From an uncultured bacterium (GTDB taxonomy: Bacteria; Desulfobacterota; Deferrimicrobia; Deferrimicrobiales; Deferrimicrobiaceae): a DNA stretch of 64,000 bases. A program made the translations under genes and the position numbers. The DNA lies in NCBI GenBank assembly GCA_963741515.1, contig CAVUIA010000004.1, positions 67 to 64,066 of the forward strand, given 5' to 3'. Positions 34,189 to 43,878 of the stretch are shown piece by piece; the stretch's first letter is position 1, and each line of letters starts with the position of its first letter. The notes beneath the pieces are model-generated. The model was not told where the DNA came from and made no database searches. It worked only from the letters and a program-made list of their open reading frames with translations.

Positions 34189-34683
34189 TTAGTCCCGGGC
34201 GACGTCCCGTTTCCCGCGGCCGCGGACGACCCGCTCGATGTCCCGCTGGGCGTCCCGTTCCGCGATGTCGTGCCGCTTGTCGTACAGTTTCTTCCCCCGC
34301 GCCAGCCCCACCTCCAGCTTGACGCGGGGCCCCTTGAAATACATCTTCAGCGGGATGACGGTGAAGCCACGCTCCTTGACTTTCGCGTGCATGTAGCTGA
34401 TTTCCTTGCGATTCAGCAGAAGTTTGCGGACCCGCAGCGGGTCGATGACCCGCAGGTCGCCGTGGGAATACGGGGTGATGTGTACGTTTTCCACGAACAC
34501 CTCGTTCTCGCGGAAGGAGGCGAAGCCGTCGGCGATGTTGACCCGCCCTTCCCGGATCGACTTCACCTCATACCCCTGTAGCGCCAGCCCGCACTCGAAG
34601 GTCTCGATAATCTCGTATTCGTGCCGGGCGCGACGGTTCGTGGCGACCACCTTCACCCCGGCTGTTTCGGTCTTTTCGGCCAT
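34189..34683 (-). CDS. smpB: SsrA-binding protein SmpB
   Basis: ...NRRARHEYEIIETFECGLALQGYEVKSIR...; C-terminal basic tail. Adjacent to ssrA. Confidence 0.9.
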   Translation of the reverse strand: MAEKTETAGVKVVATNRRARHEYEIIETFECGLALQGYEVKSIREGRVNIADGFASFRENEVFVENVHITPYSHGDLRVIDPLRVRKLLLNRKEISYMHAKVKERGFTVIPLKMYFKGPRVKLEVGLARGKKLYDKRHDIAERDAQRDIERVVRGRGKRDVARD

Positions 34684-34702
34684 CCGCTAGCCCGGTTCCC
34701 TT

Positions 34703-36016
34703 CTATGCGGCATCCCCGTGCGCGACCCGCCCCGCGACGACGGTGAGACGCACGTTCGACCTGCCCGTCCGTTCGACCAGCTTCCTGAAGAAATCGCCGC
34801 CCTCGCCGCCGGGATCGTCCACGGCGGTGAAATCCGCCGGGGCGCCCCGGTCCAGCGTCCCGCCGGGAAGCGACAGCGCCGCGGCCCCGTTGGCCGTGGC
34901 GGACCGCACGAGCTCCCTGCACAGTGCAGAGTCGTCCTTTTTCCCTTTGTACAGCGACCGCGTGCAGCGGACCTCTTCCCATAGGTCGAGGGTCGGCACG
35001 GAGCCCAGGCTGTCCGTCCCCAGGGCGAACGGGATACCGGCGTCGACGAAGTGCGTCACGTCGGGGGCGCCGTTCCCGTGCGCCGCGTTGCTCCGGGGGC
35101 ACAGGACGAACCGGGCGCCGCCTTCGCGCAGCGCGTCGATCGTCGATGGCGCCAGGTGGACATTATGCGCCAGCAGCAGCCCATCGCGCAAAAGGCCCGC
35201 TTCCGCGAGATATTCGGGGATCGGGCGGCCGATCCCTTTGAACCCGGAGACGTCCTGCCCCACGGCGGGATAGAGGCGGGTCGCGATATCCCCTTTCCCG
35301 CTCTCGAGGAACTCGGTCTCCGCGGGCGATTCGGCCAGGTGGAGGCAGGCGGGAAGGCCCTTCGACGCGGCGAGGCCCCCCAGGAAGCGCAGCAGCTCCA
35401 TCCCAACGGTGTACAGCGTATGGGGCGAAACGCCGGGGGCGACGAGCGGGTTCCCGGCGGAGATCTCTTCCAGCCGGCGGATCGATTCGCTCACGACCTC
35501 GCGGATGATCGGGGCGGATTCCGGGGCGAAGCCGATCCCTTCCGCGTAGACCCTCGCACGCAAGGGGCAGGAGGCGTACACGGAAAGATCGGGGCCGGCG
35601 ATCTCCCCCACCGTCGTGGTGCCGAAGGAGAGGGCCTCTTCCGCAGCCGACGCGAAGACGCCGGGAAACGCGGACGGGTCCGCCTGAAACCTCCAGGCGA
35701 TCATCCGGAGGAGCCAGTCGACAAAGGGGGGATGGGCCGAAGGCGGCTCCCCCGTCGCACCGGCAAACCGGGGAATCTGCAGGTGGGTGTGCGCGTTGAC
35801 CTGCCCCGGCAGAATCGCGGCGCCGGGGAGTTCCCGAATGGGATAGGCGGCGGGGGCCGAACGGAGGACCTCCGCCTTCGGGCCGACGAGAAGCACAACG
35901 CCGTCCGCCACGGCGACGCCCCCGGGGGCGTACACCCGGTCGGCGTCGACGACCAGCCGCGAGGCGGTATAAACGGCCCCGCCCGATGTCTGTCCCTGTT
36001 TTGCGGAAGAACTCAT
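34703..36016 (-). CDS. amidohydrolase-superfamily deaminase (MTA/SAH-deaminase / chlorohydrolase-like)
   Basis: Metal-binding HxH (NAHTHLQ) near the N-terminus and HLAES...; about 437 aa. Confidence 0.7.
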   Translation of the reverse strand: MSSSAKQGQTSGGAVYTASRLVVDADRVYAPGGVAVADGVVLLVGPKAEVLRSAPAAYPIRELPGAAILPGQVNAHTHLQIPRFAGATGEPPSAHPPFVDWLLRMIAWRFQADPSAFPGVFASAAEEALSFGTTTVGEIAGPDLSVYASCPLRARVYAEGIGFAPESAPIIREVVSESIRRLEEISAGNPLVAPGVSPHTLYTVGMELLRFLGGLAASKGLPACLHLAESPAETEFLESGKGDIATRLYPAVGQDVSGFKGIGRPIPEYLAEAGLLRDGLLLAHNVHLAPSTIDALREGGARFVLCPRSNAAHGNGAPDVTHFVDAGIPFALGTDSLGSVPTLDLWEEVRCTRSLYKGKKDDSALCRELVRSATANGAAALSLPGGTLDRGAPADFTAVDDPGGEGGDFFRKLVERTGRSNVRLTVVAGRVAHGDAA

Positions 36017-36415
36017 CTACGTCCCGGTTTTGTGGTCGGTTTTGTGGTCGGTTTTGCGGTCCGGTTTTTCGATCTGGCGGTTCCCCCCGTCCACGTACAC
36101 CAGCTTCGGATGGAAGTCGGCCAGCTCCTTTTCCTCATACGCTGCATAGCAGGCGATGATGACGAGGTCGCCCTTCGCAACCATCCGGGCGGCGGCGCCA
36201 TTCAGGCAGATGACGCCGGAGCCGGGCTCCCCCTCGATGGCATAGGTGGAGAACCGGTTGCCGTTGTCGATATCGTAGATGTGCACCTGCTCGTACTCCA
36301 TCAACCCCGCCGCGTCCATCAATGCCCGGTCGATGGTGATGCTTCCCTCGTAATGGAGGTTCGCCTCCGTCACCGTCGCCCGGTGGATCTTGCACTTCAA
36401 CATCGTCCTCAACAT
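36017..36415 (-). CDS. panD: aspartate 1-decarboxylase PanD, with a repetitive [13 protein letters not shown]-terminal tail
   Basis: [29 protein letters not shown] (pyruvoyl-forming G-S site). The tail is encoded by 12-bp tandem units. Confidence 0.85.
   Translation of the reverse strand: MLRTMLKCKIHRATVTEANLHYEGSITIDRALMDAAGLMEYEQVHIYDIDNGNRFSTYAIEGEPGSGVICLNGAAARMVAKGDLVIIACYAAYEEKELADFHPKLVYVDGGNRQIEKPDRKTDHKTDHKTGT
36025..36070. repeat. tandem repeat of 12 bp (cggttttgtggt), about 3.8 copies, inside the 3' end of panD
   Basis: Read directly from the sequence. Confidence 0.7.
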
Positions 36416-36417
36416 GG

Positions 36418-37299
36418 TTACCTCAGCGTAACGTTGTCTATAAGACGCGCCGGCCCGACTTTGGCGGCCACCAGGATCGTTATCTTTTCAACGCGTCCCG
36501 CAAGCGGCGCAAGCGTTTCCGGGTCGCGGCCTTCCGCGTAGTCGAGCGTCGCGCGCGGCTCCTGCTCGATCTCCCGGCGGGCGGCGGCGACGAGCACCCC
36601 GGCGTCCCGATCGCCCCCGTCGAAGAGCGCCTTCGCCCGGAACAGCCCCCGCGAGAGGCACAGGGCGGCGGTCCGGTCCTCCCCTTTCAGGTACGCGTTG
36701 CGCGAGCTCATCGCCAGCCCGTCGTCCTCCCGAACGATCGGGGCGCCGACGATCTCGATGCCGAAATCGAGGTCCCGCGCCATCGCCCGCAGGACCGACA
36801 GCTGCTGGTAGTCCTTCTCCCCGAACACCGCCACGTGCGGCTTGGCCGCCAGGAACAGCTTCGCCACCACCGTGGCCACCCCGCGGAAATGGCCGGGGCG
36901 CCGGTCGCCGCACAAGCCCCGCGAGACGCCCTCCACCTCGACGTAGGTCTGGTACCCGTCCGGGTACATGTCCTCGACGCCCGGCAGGTAGACGGTGGAG
37001 ACGCCCGCATCCTTGAACATCGCCAGGTCGCGCGCCTCGTCGCGCGGGTACTTCTCGTAGTCCTCGCCGGGGGTGAACTGCGTCGGGTTGACGAAGATCG
37101 ACGCGACGATCGCGTCGCAGCCATGCCCCGCGGCGACCCGAACCAGGCTGATGTGCCCCCGGTGAAGGTACCCCATCGTGGGGACCAGCCCGATCCGCGC
37201 GCCGGCCGCCCTGCGCGCGTCGGACCAGGCGCGCATCTCCTCGGGGGTCCGCAGCAGCTCCATCGGCGCGGGAGGCGCCATCGGCCCTGACCGGTTCAT
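36418..37299 (-). CDS. panC: pantoate--beta-alanine ligase PanC
   Basis: [16 protein letters not shown] (HIGH-type motif). Start overlaps the panB stop. Confidence 0.85.
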   Translation of the reverse strand: MNRSGPMAPPAPMELLRTPEEMRAWSDARRAAGARIGLVPTMGYLHRGHISLVRVAAGHGCDAIVASIFVNPTQFTPGEDYEKYPRDEARDLAMFKDAGVSTVYLPGVEDMYPDGYQTYVEVEGVSRGLCGDRRPGHFRGVATVVAKLFLAAKPHVAVFGEKDYQQLSVLRAMARDLDFGIEIVGAPIVREDDGLAMSSRNAYLKGEDRTAALCLSRGLFRAKALFDGGDRDAGVLVAAARREIEQEPRATLDYAEGRDPETLAPLAGRVEKITILVAAKVGPARLIDNVTLR

Positions 37300-38093
37300 C
37301 AGAAAGAGTGCTCCGTGTCGGGGAACGTCCCTTCGCGGACCTCGCGGGCGAAGGCGTTGGCCGCGTCCGCTATGGGCTTGCGCAGCTCGCCGAACCGCTT
37401 GACGAACTTCGGCTTGAATTCGTCGTACATTCCCAGGAAGTCCTGCATCACGAGGACCTGGCCGTCGCAGTGGACGCCCGCGCCGATGCCGACGGTGGGG
37501 ATCGAAAGCGCCGCCGTGATCTCGGCGGCGAGCGCCGCGGGGATCCCCTCGAGGATCACCGAGAACGCCCCCGCCTCCTGCACGGCCATCGCGTCGTCCA
37601 GCAGCCGCTCCCGCTGCGGGTCGGTCTTCCCCTGCACCTTGTAGCCGCCCATCCGGTGGACCGATTGCGGGGTGAGGCCGATGTGCCCCATTACCGGGAT
37701 GTCGCACTGCGCGACCGCCCGGATCGTCGCCTCCAGGGTGCGGCCGCCCTCCATCTTCACGGCTTCCGCCCCGGCCTGGAGCAGCCGGCCGGCGTTGCGG
37801 ATCGCGTCGGGGATGCCCGTCTGGTACGACAAAAACGGCATGTCCGCCACCAGGAGCGACCGCTTCCGCCCGCGGGCCACGGCCTCCGTGTGCCGGATCA
37901 TGTCCTCCATCGTCACGTTGAGGGTGTCGGGATAGCCGAGGACGACCATGCCCAGCGAGTCGCCGACCAGGATCGCGTCGACGTCCGACGCGTCGAAGAT
38001 CCCCGCGAAGAGCGCGTCGTACGCCGTGACCATCACGATCTTCCGCCCCTCGGCCTTCATCGCGCCCATGTCGAGGATGGTTACCTTTTTCAT
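37299..38093 (-). CDS. panB: 3-methyl-2-oxobutanoate hydroxymethyltransferase PanB
   Basis: MKKVTILDMGAMKAEGRKIVMVTAYD...GGYKVQGK. Confidence 0.85.
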   Translation of the reverse strand: MKKVTILDMGAMKAEGRKIVMVTAYDALFAGIFDASDVDAILVGDSLGMVVLGYPDTLNVTMEDMIRHTEAVARGRKRSLLVADMPFLSYQTGIPDAIRNAGRLLQAGAEAVKMEGGRTLEATIRAVAQCDIPVMGHIGLTPQSVHRMGGYKVQGKTDPQRERLLDDAMAVQEAGAFSVILEGIPAALAAEITAALSIPTVGIGAGVHCDGQVLVMQDFLGMYDEFKPKFVKRFGELRKPIADAANAFAREVREGTFPDTEHSF

Positions 38094-38198
38094 CGCCGCC
38101 CCTCCTTCGATAAAAACAAAAGGCCTTCCGGAACCGGTCCCGGAAGGCCGAAAGGCGCAATGGCCAAGCGTCGCAATCGATTCCGTCTCGGTCCGGTC

Positions 38199-38849
38199 CT
38201 ACCTGGATCCCAGCGGTATGTAGTGGTGCATCCCGCGTTTCACACTCTTGACTTCCCTTACGAGATGTTCAAGGTCGCGGGCACTTTCCACGAAGTCGAT
38301 CTCGCTCGTGTTCACGATCAGGAGCGGGGTCTCGTTATAGTGGAAAAAATACTCGTTGTAAGCATCACTTAGGGTCTTCAAATAGTCAAGGGAGATGTTC
38401 CGCTCGTAGCCGATCCCGCGCTTGCGGACCCGCGACAGCAGGACCTCGGGGCGCGCCTGCAGGTAGATGACCAGGTCGGGCTTGGCCAGCGTGGGGACGA
38501 GCAGCTTGTAGATCGATTCGTACAGGGAAACCTCGTCGTCCTCGAGGTTGATGAGGGCGAAGATCTTGTCCTTGGCCATGATGTAGTCGCACACCACCCC
38601 TTCCTCGAAGAGGTCCCCCTGGGCCAGCTCCTTCTGCTGGCGGTAGCGCGACAAAAGGAAGAAGAGCTGGGTCTGGAAGGCGTATTTCTTGGGGTTTTCG
38701 TAGAACCGTTCGAGGAACGGGTTGTGGGCCACCTCTTCCTTGACGAGGCGGGAACCGAACTGCTGGGCGAGGAGCTTGGCCAGGGAGGATTTCCCCACCC
38801 CGATGGGCCCCTCGATCGCGATATAGCGGGGAGTCTTGGGCTCGGTCAT
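38199..38849 (-). CDS. deoxynucleoside kinase (dNK family)
   Basis: P-loop GPIGVGKSS. Conserved ...YESIY... and the RVRKRGIGYERNISLDYL Arg-rich lid motif. Confidence 0.75.
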   Translation of the reverse strand: MTEPKTPRYIAIEGPIGVGKSSLAKLLAQQFGSRLVKEEVAHNPFLERFYENPKKYAFQTQLFFLLSRYRQQKELAQGDLFEEGVVCDYIMAKDKIFALINLEDDEVSLYESIYKLLVPTLAKPDLVIYLQARPEVLLSRVRKRGIGYERNISLDYLKTLSDAYNEYFFHYNETPLLIVNTSEIDFVESARDLEHLVREVKSVKRGMHHYIPLGSR

Positions 38850-38886
38850 TTCGGTTGATTGTATTCGGGCACCGCCCTTTTTTCCA

Positions 38887-39738
38887 CTACATTCGGGCGG
38901 CGGGCGGCAGCCGCCGGGCGATCGCCAGCCACGCCGCGGGAGACAGCTCCTCCGCCCGGGCTCCCGGGTCGATCCCTTCCGCGCGAAGCATCCCGCACCA
39001 CTGCTCCGTTCCCCCGGGGAGGAACGGGACGGGCGCGTTCCGCAAGGTCTTGCGGCGGTGCGCGAAGCCCGCTCGGACCACGGACCGGAGGGCGTGCAGC
39101 AGCTCGTCGGAGAAATCGCCGAAGAAACGGATGGTTATCACCGCCGAATCCACGTCGGGGGCGGGATGGAAGCAGCTCGGCTTGACGTGGAACTCCCGCC
39201 GCGTCTCGGACAGCACCGACAGGTAGACCGACAGGATGCCGTACTCCTTGCAGCCGGGGGGGGCGCACAGCCGCTCCGCCATCTCTTTCTGAAGCATGAG
39301 GACCGCCCGGGGGAAGAGCTCCCGGAGCTCGATCAGCCGCAGGATCACGGGGGAGGATATGGAATACGGCAGGTTTCCCGCAACCGTTCCCCCGGCGGGG
39401 AAGCGCGCCCGCCATTCGTCGTCGGTCACGGCCAGGAAATCCGCCTCCAGGACGTCCACCGATGTGCCGGCGAACTCCCGCCGCAGGTGGGCTGCAAGCC
39501 CGCGGTCCACCTCGACGGCGACGACCCGCGCTCCCGTTTCGGCCAGCGGCCGCGTCAGCGCCCCCAGGCCCGGTCCGATCTCCAGGTACGGCGGGGGGAA
39601 GGAGCTCGCCAGGTCGACGATCTTCCGCGCGATGTTCCCGTCGTGAAGGAAGTTCTGCCCGAACGACTTGCGGGGCGACAGCCCCAGCGCCGAGAGCGTC
39701 TTCTTGGGGTGGTCAGCGGGAGAATCGGGAGGCGGCAT
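38887..39738 (-). CDS. rsmA: 16S rRNA (adenine1518/1519-N6)-dimethyltransferase RsmA/KsgA
   Basis: KSFGQNFLHD and NLPYSISSP motifs. Confidence 0.85.
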   Translation of the reverse strand: MPPPDSPADHPKKTLSALGLSPRKSFGQNFLHDGNIARKIVDLASSFPPPYLEIGPGLGALTRPLAETGARVVAVEVDRGLAAHLRREFAGTSVDVLEADFLAVTDDEWRARFPAGGTVAGNLPYSISSPVILRLIELRELFPRAVLMLQKEMAERLCAPPGCKEYGILSVYLSVLSETRREFHVKPSCFHPAPDVDSAVITIRFFGDFSDELLHALRSVVRAGFAHRRKTLRNAPVPFLPGGTEQWCGMLRAEGIDPGARAEELSPAAWLAIARRLPPAARM

Positions 39739-40711
39739 AGGCGTTGAGATCCGGCCCGGAGAAGATCCCTTCGGACATCCGGCGCTCCCCGATCAGCGCC
39801 ACCATGGCGGCGTTGTCCGTGCACAGCGCCTTGGACGGGAGGGACACCTCGACGCCCGCCGCCGCGCCGCGCGAAACCGCCTGCGCGCGAAGGCGCGAAT
39901 TCGCCGAAACGCCTCCCGAAAGCACGAGCCGCGGGATCCCCTCCCGCCGCGAGGCGTCGATCCCCTTCGAGACGAGGACGTCGACGATGGCCTCCTGGAA
40001 CGAGGCGGACACGTCCTCGATCCGCGCCGCCGCGCCTTCGGGAGAGGCGAGGAAGGTCCGCAGCGCCGTCTTCAATCCCGAGAAGGAGAAGTCCGCCGAA
40101 TCGGCGGAGAGGCGCGCACGGGGGAACGGGTACCGCCCCGGGTCCCCTTCCTTGGCCAGACGGTCGATGACCACCCCGCCGGGATACCCGAGCCCCATCA
40201 TCTTGGCCGCCTTGTCGAACGCCTCCCCCGCCGCGTCGTCGAGGGTCCCGCCGAGCTGCCGCACGTCCCCCCAGCCGGAGACCCGGAACAGGGAGGTGTG
40301 CCCGCCGGACACCAGGAGCGCGATGTAGGGGAACTCGACCCGCCGTTCGAGGAAGACCGCGTAGATGTGGCTCTCGAGGTGGTCCGCCCCGTAGATGGGC
40401 TTCTCCCAGGCGAAGGAGAGCGACTTCGCGAAGCACAAGCCCACCAGGAGGGAGCCGATCAGCCCGGGGCCCGACGTGACGGCGATGCCGTCGACGGCGT
40501 CGCGGCCCGAGGACGCGTCGGCCAGCGCCTTCTCGACCACGGGGACGATCGATTTCAGGTGCTCCCGGGAGGCCAGCTCCGGGACCACGCCGCCGTAAGC
40601 GCCGTGGATGGACACCTGGGAGGACACCACGCTGGACAGGAGCCCCGAGGAGCCGTCGTAGACGGCCGCGGCGGTTTCGTCGCAGGAGCTTTCGATGCCG
40701 AGGACGCGCAT
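39713..40711 (-). CDS. tsaD: tRNA N6-adenosine threonylcarbamoyltransferase TsaD
   Basis: MRVLGIESSCDETAAAVYD...GGHTSL...; Kae1/TsaD family. Confidence 0.85.
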   Translation of the reverse strand: MRVLGIESSCDETAAAVYDGSSGLLSSVVSSQVSIHGAYGGVVPELASREHLKSIVPVVEKALADASSGRDAVDGIAVTSGPGLIGSLLVGLCFAKSLSFAWEKPIYGADHLESHIYAVFLERRVEFPYIALLVSGGHTSLFRVSGWGDVRQLGGTLDDAAGEAFDKAAKMMGLGYPGGVVIDRLAKEGDPGRYPFPRARLSADSADFSFSGLKTALRTFLASPEGAAARIEDVSASFQEAIVDVLVSKGIDASRREGIPRLVLSGGVSANSRLRAQAVSRGAAAGVEVSLPSKALCTDNAAMVALIGERRMSEGIFSGPDLNAYAASRFSR

Positions 40712-40714
40712 CCG

Positions 40715-41035
40715 CTACTTGATGAGCTCGGCGCTCCCGATGACCGGCAGCGGCTTCATCTCGCCGCGCGAGGCGTTCAGGACCCCGATGACCACCAGCA
40801 CGAGCAGGGCGATGGCGCCGACCGGGAGGATCAGGAACCACCCGACGACAGGGATGAACGACCCCACGACGTTCACCGCGATCGCAACGAGCAGCAGCAC
40901 CAGCTGCTGGTTGGCGTGGAACTTGGCGAAGGGGCTGTCCTTCGCGTCGGTGATCAGGGGGACGAAAAACAGGATCGGGACGATGTAGCCGATGATGGCC
41001 ATGAGCTTGTTCTTCTCGACGTCGGGATCCGCCAT
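40715..41035 (-). CDS. small membrane protein (DUF4870-like)
   Basis: 106 aa with 2-3 TM helices, ...FAKFHANQQL... Confidence 0.55.
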   Translation of the reverse strand: MADPDVEKNKLMAIIGYIVPILFFVPLITDAKDSPFAKFHANQQLVLLLVAIAVNVVGSFIPVVGWFLILPVGAIALLVLVVIGVLNASRGEMKPLPVIGSAELIK

Positions 41036-41059
41036 GCCCTTGTCTCCTCTCGTTTCGCC

Positions 41060-42382
41060 CTACAGGATGTTCGCCGCGAGCTCCGCCAGCGGGGAGCGCT
41101 CCCCCTTGACGAGCAGCACGTGCCCGGCCATCGATTCCCCCTTGAACTTCTCCACCGCGTGGGAGAGGCCGTTGCTCGCCGAGTCGACGAAGGGGTTGTC
41201 GATCTGGTACGGGTCGCCCGTCAGGACCACCTTGCTGTTCTCCCCCGCCCGCGTGAGGATCGTCTTCACCTCGTGGGGCGAGAGGTTCTGCGCCTCGTCG
41301 ACGATGATGAACTGGTTCGGGATGGAGCGGCCGCGGATGTAGGTGAGCGGCTCGATCTCGAGGATCCCCATGTTCATCAGCTCCTGGTAGCCGCGCACGC
41401 CGCCCTGCCGCTTCTTCTTGTTGAACCCGAAGAGGTATTCCACGTTGTCGAAGATCGGCTGCATCCAGGGCTTGAGCTTCTCCTCGACGTCGCCGGGGAG
41501 GAACCCCAGGTCCTTCCCCATCGGCAGGACCGGGCGGGACACGAGCATCCTCTGGTACACCTCGTCGTCGGAGGTCTTCCGCAGCCCCGCCGCGATCGCG
41601 AGCAGCGTCTTGCCCGTTCCCGCCTTCCCCGCGAGGGTGACGAGCTTGACCGAGTCGTCGAGCAGGATGTCGAGGGCGAAGTGCTGCTCCTTGTTCCGGG
41701 GGCGGATCCCCCACACGTCCTCCTTCATCGTGGGGAGCAGGCGGATCTTCCTGGAGGCGAATTCGTGGCGCGCCAGGGCGGAAGAGCCGGTGGAGGCGTC
41801 GCGGAACACGACGTACTCGTTGGGGAACAGATCCTCCGCCCCGGGAGGCGGGGCGCACTCGCCGGCGGAGTAGAAGCGGTCGATGAAATCCTTGCCCACC
41901 GGCACCTCGCGGACGCCGCGGTAGAGCTCGTCGATGTCGACCCGGTCGCTTTCGAAGTCCTCGGCGTGGATCCCGAGGGCGTCGGCCTTGATCCGGAGGT
42001 TCGTGTCCTTGGTGATCACGACGATGGGGACGTCCATCTCCCGGCCGCGCACGGCCAGCGCCACGCCCAGGAGCTGGTTGTCCGCCAGGTCCCCCCTCAG
42101 CTCCGGCGGAAGGTGCCTGCCGCCCTCCTCGACGAACGCGATCCGCAGCATGCCCCCGTGATCGAGCGGCACCCCTTCGGACAGGTTCCCCTTCTCCCGG
42201 AGGCGGTCGATGTACTTCGACACCGTCCGGGCGTTGCGCCCGAGCATGTTGAGGTCTTTCTTGAAGTGATCGAGCTCCTCGATCACCGTGATGGGGATGA
42301 AAACGCGGTTGTCCTCGAACTTGAAGAGCGCGTTGGGGTCGTGGAGCAGGACGTTCGTGTCCAGGACGAAGTTCTTGATCAT
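41060..42382 (-). CDS. PhoH2-type protein: N-terminal PIN domain fused to a PhoH-like ATPase
   Basis: PIN MIKNFVLDTNVLLHDP...; Walker A LAGKAGTGKT. Confidence 0.8.
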   Translation of the reverse strand: MIKNFVLDTNVLLHDPNALFKFEDNRVFIPITVIEELDHFKKDLNMLGRNARTVSKYIDRLREKGNLSEGVPLDHGGMLRIAFVEEGGRHLPPELRGDLADNQLLGVALAVRGREMDVPIVVITKDTNLRIKADALGIHAEDFESDRVDIDELYRGVREVPVGKDFIDRFYSAGECAPPPGAEDLFPNEYVVFRDASTGSSALARHEFASRKIRLLPTMKEDVWGIRPRNKEQHFALDILLDDSVKLVTLAGKAGTGKTLLAIAAGLRKTSDDEVYQRMLVSRPVLPMGKDLGFLPGDVEEKLKPWMQPIFDNVEYLFGFNKKKRQGGVRGYQELMNMGILEIEPLTYIRGRSIPNQFIIVDEAQNLSPHEVKTILTRAGENSKVVLTGDPYQIDNPFVDSASNGLSHAVEKFKGESMAGHVLLVKGERSPLAELAANIL

Positions 42383-42411
42383 CCGCCCACCCTCGCGAGG
42401 CAGCAACGCGC

Positions 42412-43260
42412 CTATTTGATTTCGGTCAGCTTCTTCTTGGCCATCCCCGCGGCGGACGATTTCGGGTATTTCGACACGACGAGGTTGAAGAGGATCTTCG
42501 CGTTCTTCTTGTCCTTCAAGGCCAGGAACGACATCCCCTGCTTGTACACCGCGTCGGGGGCCTTTTCCCCGGCGGGATGCTTGTCGACCACGTCCTGGAA
42601 GGAGAGGATCGCGTTCTCGTAGTCCTTCTCCGCGTAGTACGACTCGCCTTTCCAGTAGAGGGCGTTCGGCACGAGCTTGTGGCCGGGGTACTGCGCCACG
42701 AAGGCGGCCAGCGTCTCGCGCCCCTTCTTCGGGCTGCCGGCCTTCACCTGCCCGACGGAGTATTCGTACATCTCCTCCGGGCTCTTCCAGGCCGACGGCT
42801 TCTCCGGGGCGGCCGCGGGGTCGGCCGCCGGGGCCCCCGCGATCGGGGCCCCGCCGGCCGTTCCCGCCTTCCCTTCGAGGGCGGCCATGCGCTTGTCGAC
42901 GTCCTGCACGCTCTTGCGGGTCTCCTGGAGCGTCTTCTCCTGCTCCGCCTGACGGTCCGCGACCCGCTTCACCTCGGCCTGCGTCTCGTCGAGACGCGAG
43001 CTGACGGCGAGCTGTTCGGACTTCTGCCGGTCCGAGTCGCTTCCGAGGTCGGCCACGGTCTTGCGCAGCCCCGCGACCTCCTCGCTTCCGGCCTGCGAGG
43101 AAGACGCGCTCTTCAAGGCCGCGACTTCCTTCTTGAGAACCCCCACCTCCTCGCTGAGCCGGCTGAACGAGCCGGTGTCGGCGAGCGCGCAACCCATGGC
43201 GCCGGCGGCTAGGGAACCGAGAAGCAGTAGGCGGACGGCATGGCGCATGGTCATCGTCAC
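42412..43260 (-). CDS. cpoB: tol-pal system protein CpoB/YbgF (coiled coil + TPR)
   Basis: Signal peptide, Q/E-rich coiled coil, C-terminal TPR region YAEKDYENAILSF. Last gene of the tol-pal cluster. Confidence 0.75.
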   Translation of the reverse strand: MTMTMRHAVRLLLLGSLAAGAMGCALADTGSFSRLSEEVGVLKKEVAALKSASSSQAGSEEVAGLRKTVADLGSDSDRQKSEQLAVSSRLDETQAEVKRVADRQAEQEKTLQETRKSVQDVDKRMAALEGKAGTAGGAPIAGAPAADPAAAPEKPSAWKSPEEMYEYSVGQVKAGSPKKGRETLAAFVAQYPGHKLVPNALYWKGESYYAEKDYENAILSFQDVVDKHPAGEKAPDAVYKQGMSFLALKDKKNAKILFNLVVSKYPKSSAAGMAKKKLTEIK

Positions 43261-43261
43261 C

Positions 43262-43828
43262 TCACTTCAGGACGAAATGTGCGCGGCGGTTTTTCGCCCA
43301 CGCATCCTCCGTATTGCCCGGGTCGAGCGGCCGCTCTTTCCCGAAACTCACCGTGGAAAGGGCCGTCGTCGGAACGCCGAGCGATACGAGGTAATTCTTT
43401 ACGGACGTGGCCCGGCGGTCGCCGAGGGCCATGTTGTATTCCGCCGTGCCCCTCTCGTCGCAATGACCCTCGACCAGGAGCTTCTTGCCGGCGTTCTTCT
43501 TCATGTACGCGGCGACTTCCTGGCAGGTCTTCTTCGCGTCGTCGCGAAGGTCCGACTTGTCGAAGTCGAACCGGACGTCGGCGAAGGGGGAGGCCTTCTC
43601 CTCGGTGACGGCCACGCCCTGGGCCGCTTCGGCCTGCTTCGCGGTCATGACGGGCTGGGCGGGGGCTTCCTTCACCGGCGCTTCCTTCGCGGCGGCCTCT
43701 CCCGCGGGGGGAGCGGCGGCGCCTGCGCCGGCGTCGGACTTCACGGTCTGCTTCTTGGAGCATCCCGTTGCGATCATCGCGACGACCAGGAACGCGAGCG
43801 CCGCGTACTTCCATGAGCTACTACACAT
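43262..43828 (-). CDS. pal: peptidoglycan-associated lipoprotein Pal
   Basis: Lipobox IATGC. OmpA-like domain ...EGHCDERGTAEYNMALGDRRA... Confidence 0.85.
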   Translation of the reverse strand: MCSSSWKYAALAFLVVAMIATGCSKKQTVKSDAGAGAAAPPAGEAAAKEAPVKEAPAQPVMTAKQAEAAQGVAVTEEKASPFADVRFDFDKSDLRDDAKKTCQEVAAYMKKNAGKKLLVEGHCDERGTAEYNMALGDRRATSVKNYLVSLGVPTTALSTVSFGKERPLDPGNTEDAWAKNRRAHFVLK

Positions 43829-43878
43829 AAAAGACCTGACCTTTCCGGACGTGGCCGGTGGCCCGGTATGAATGGCCG

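Noticed and set aside
39668-42622. Very long ORFs on the opposite strand of real genes. Examples are 39668-42622 + (984 aa), 21793-23961 + (722 aa), 54087-56354 + (755 aa), 56060-59443 - (1127 aa, alternative frame), 60129-62036 + (635 aa) and 39555-41858 - (767 aa).
   Set aside because: Their translations are Arg/Gly/Pro/Ala-rich with no motifs. That is typical of stop-poor alternative frames in 67%-GC DNA. In each case the other strand or frame encodes a clearly conserved protein (tsaD, PhoH2, SAM-MT, GT9 and so on).
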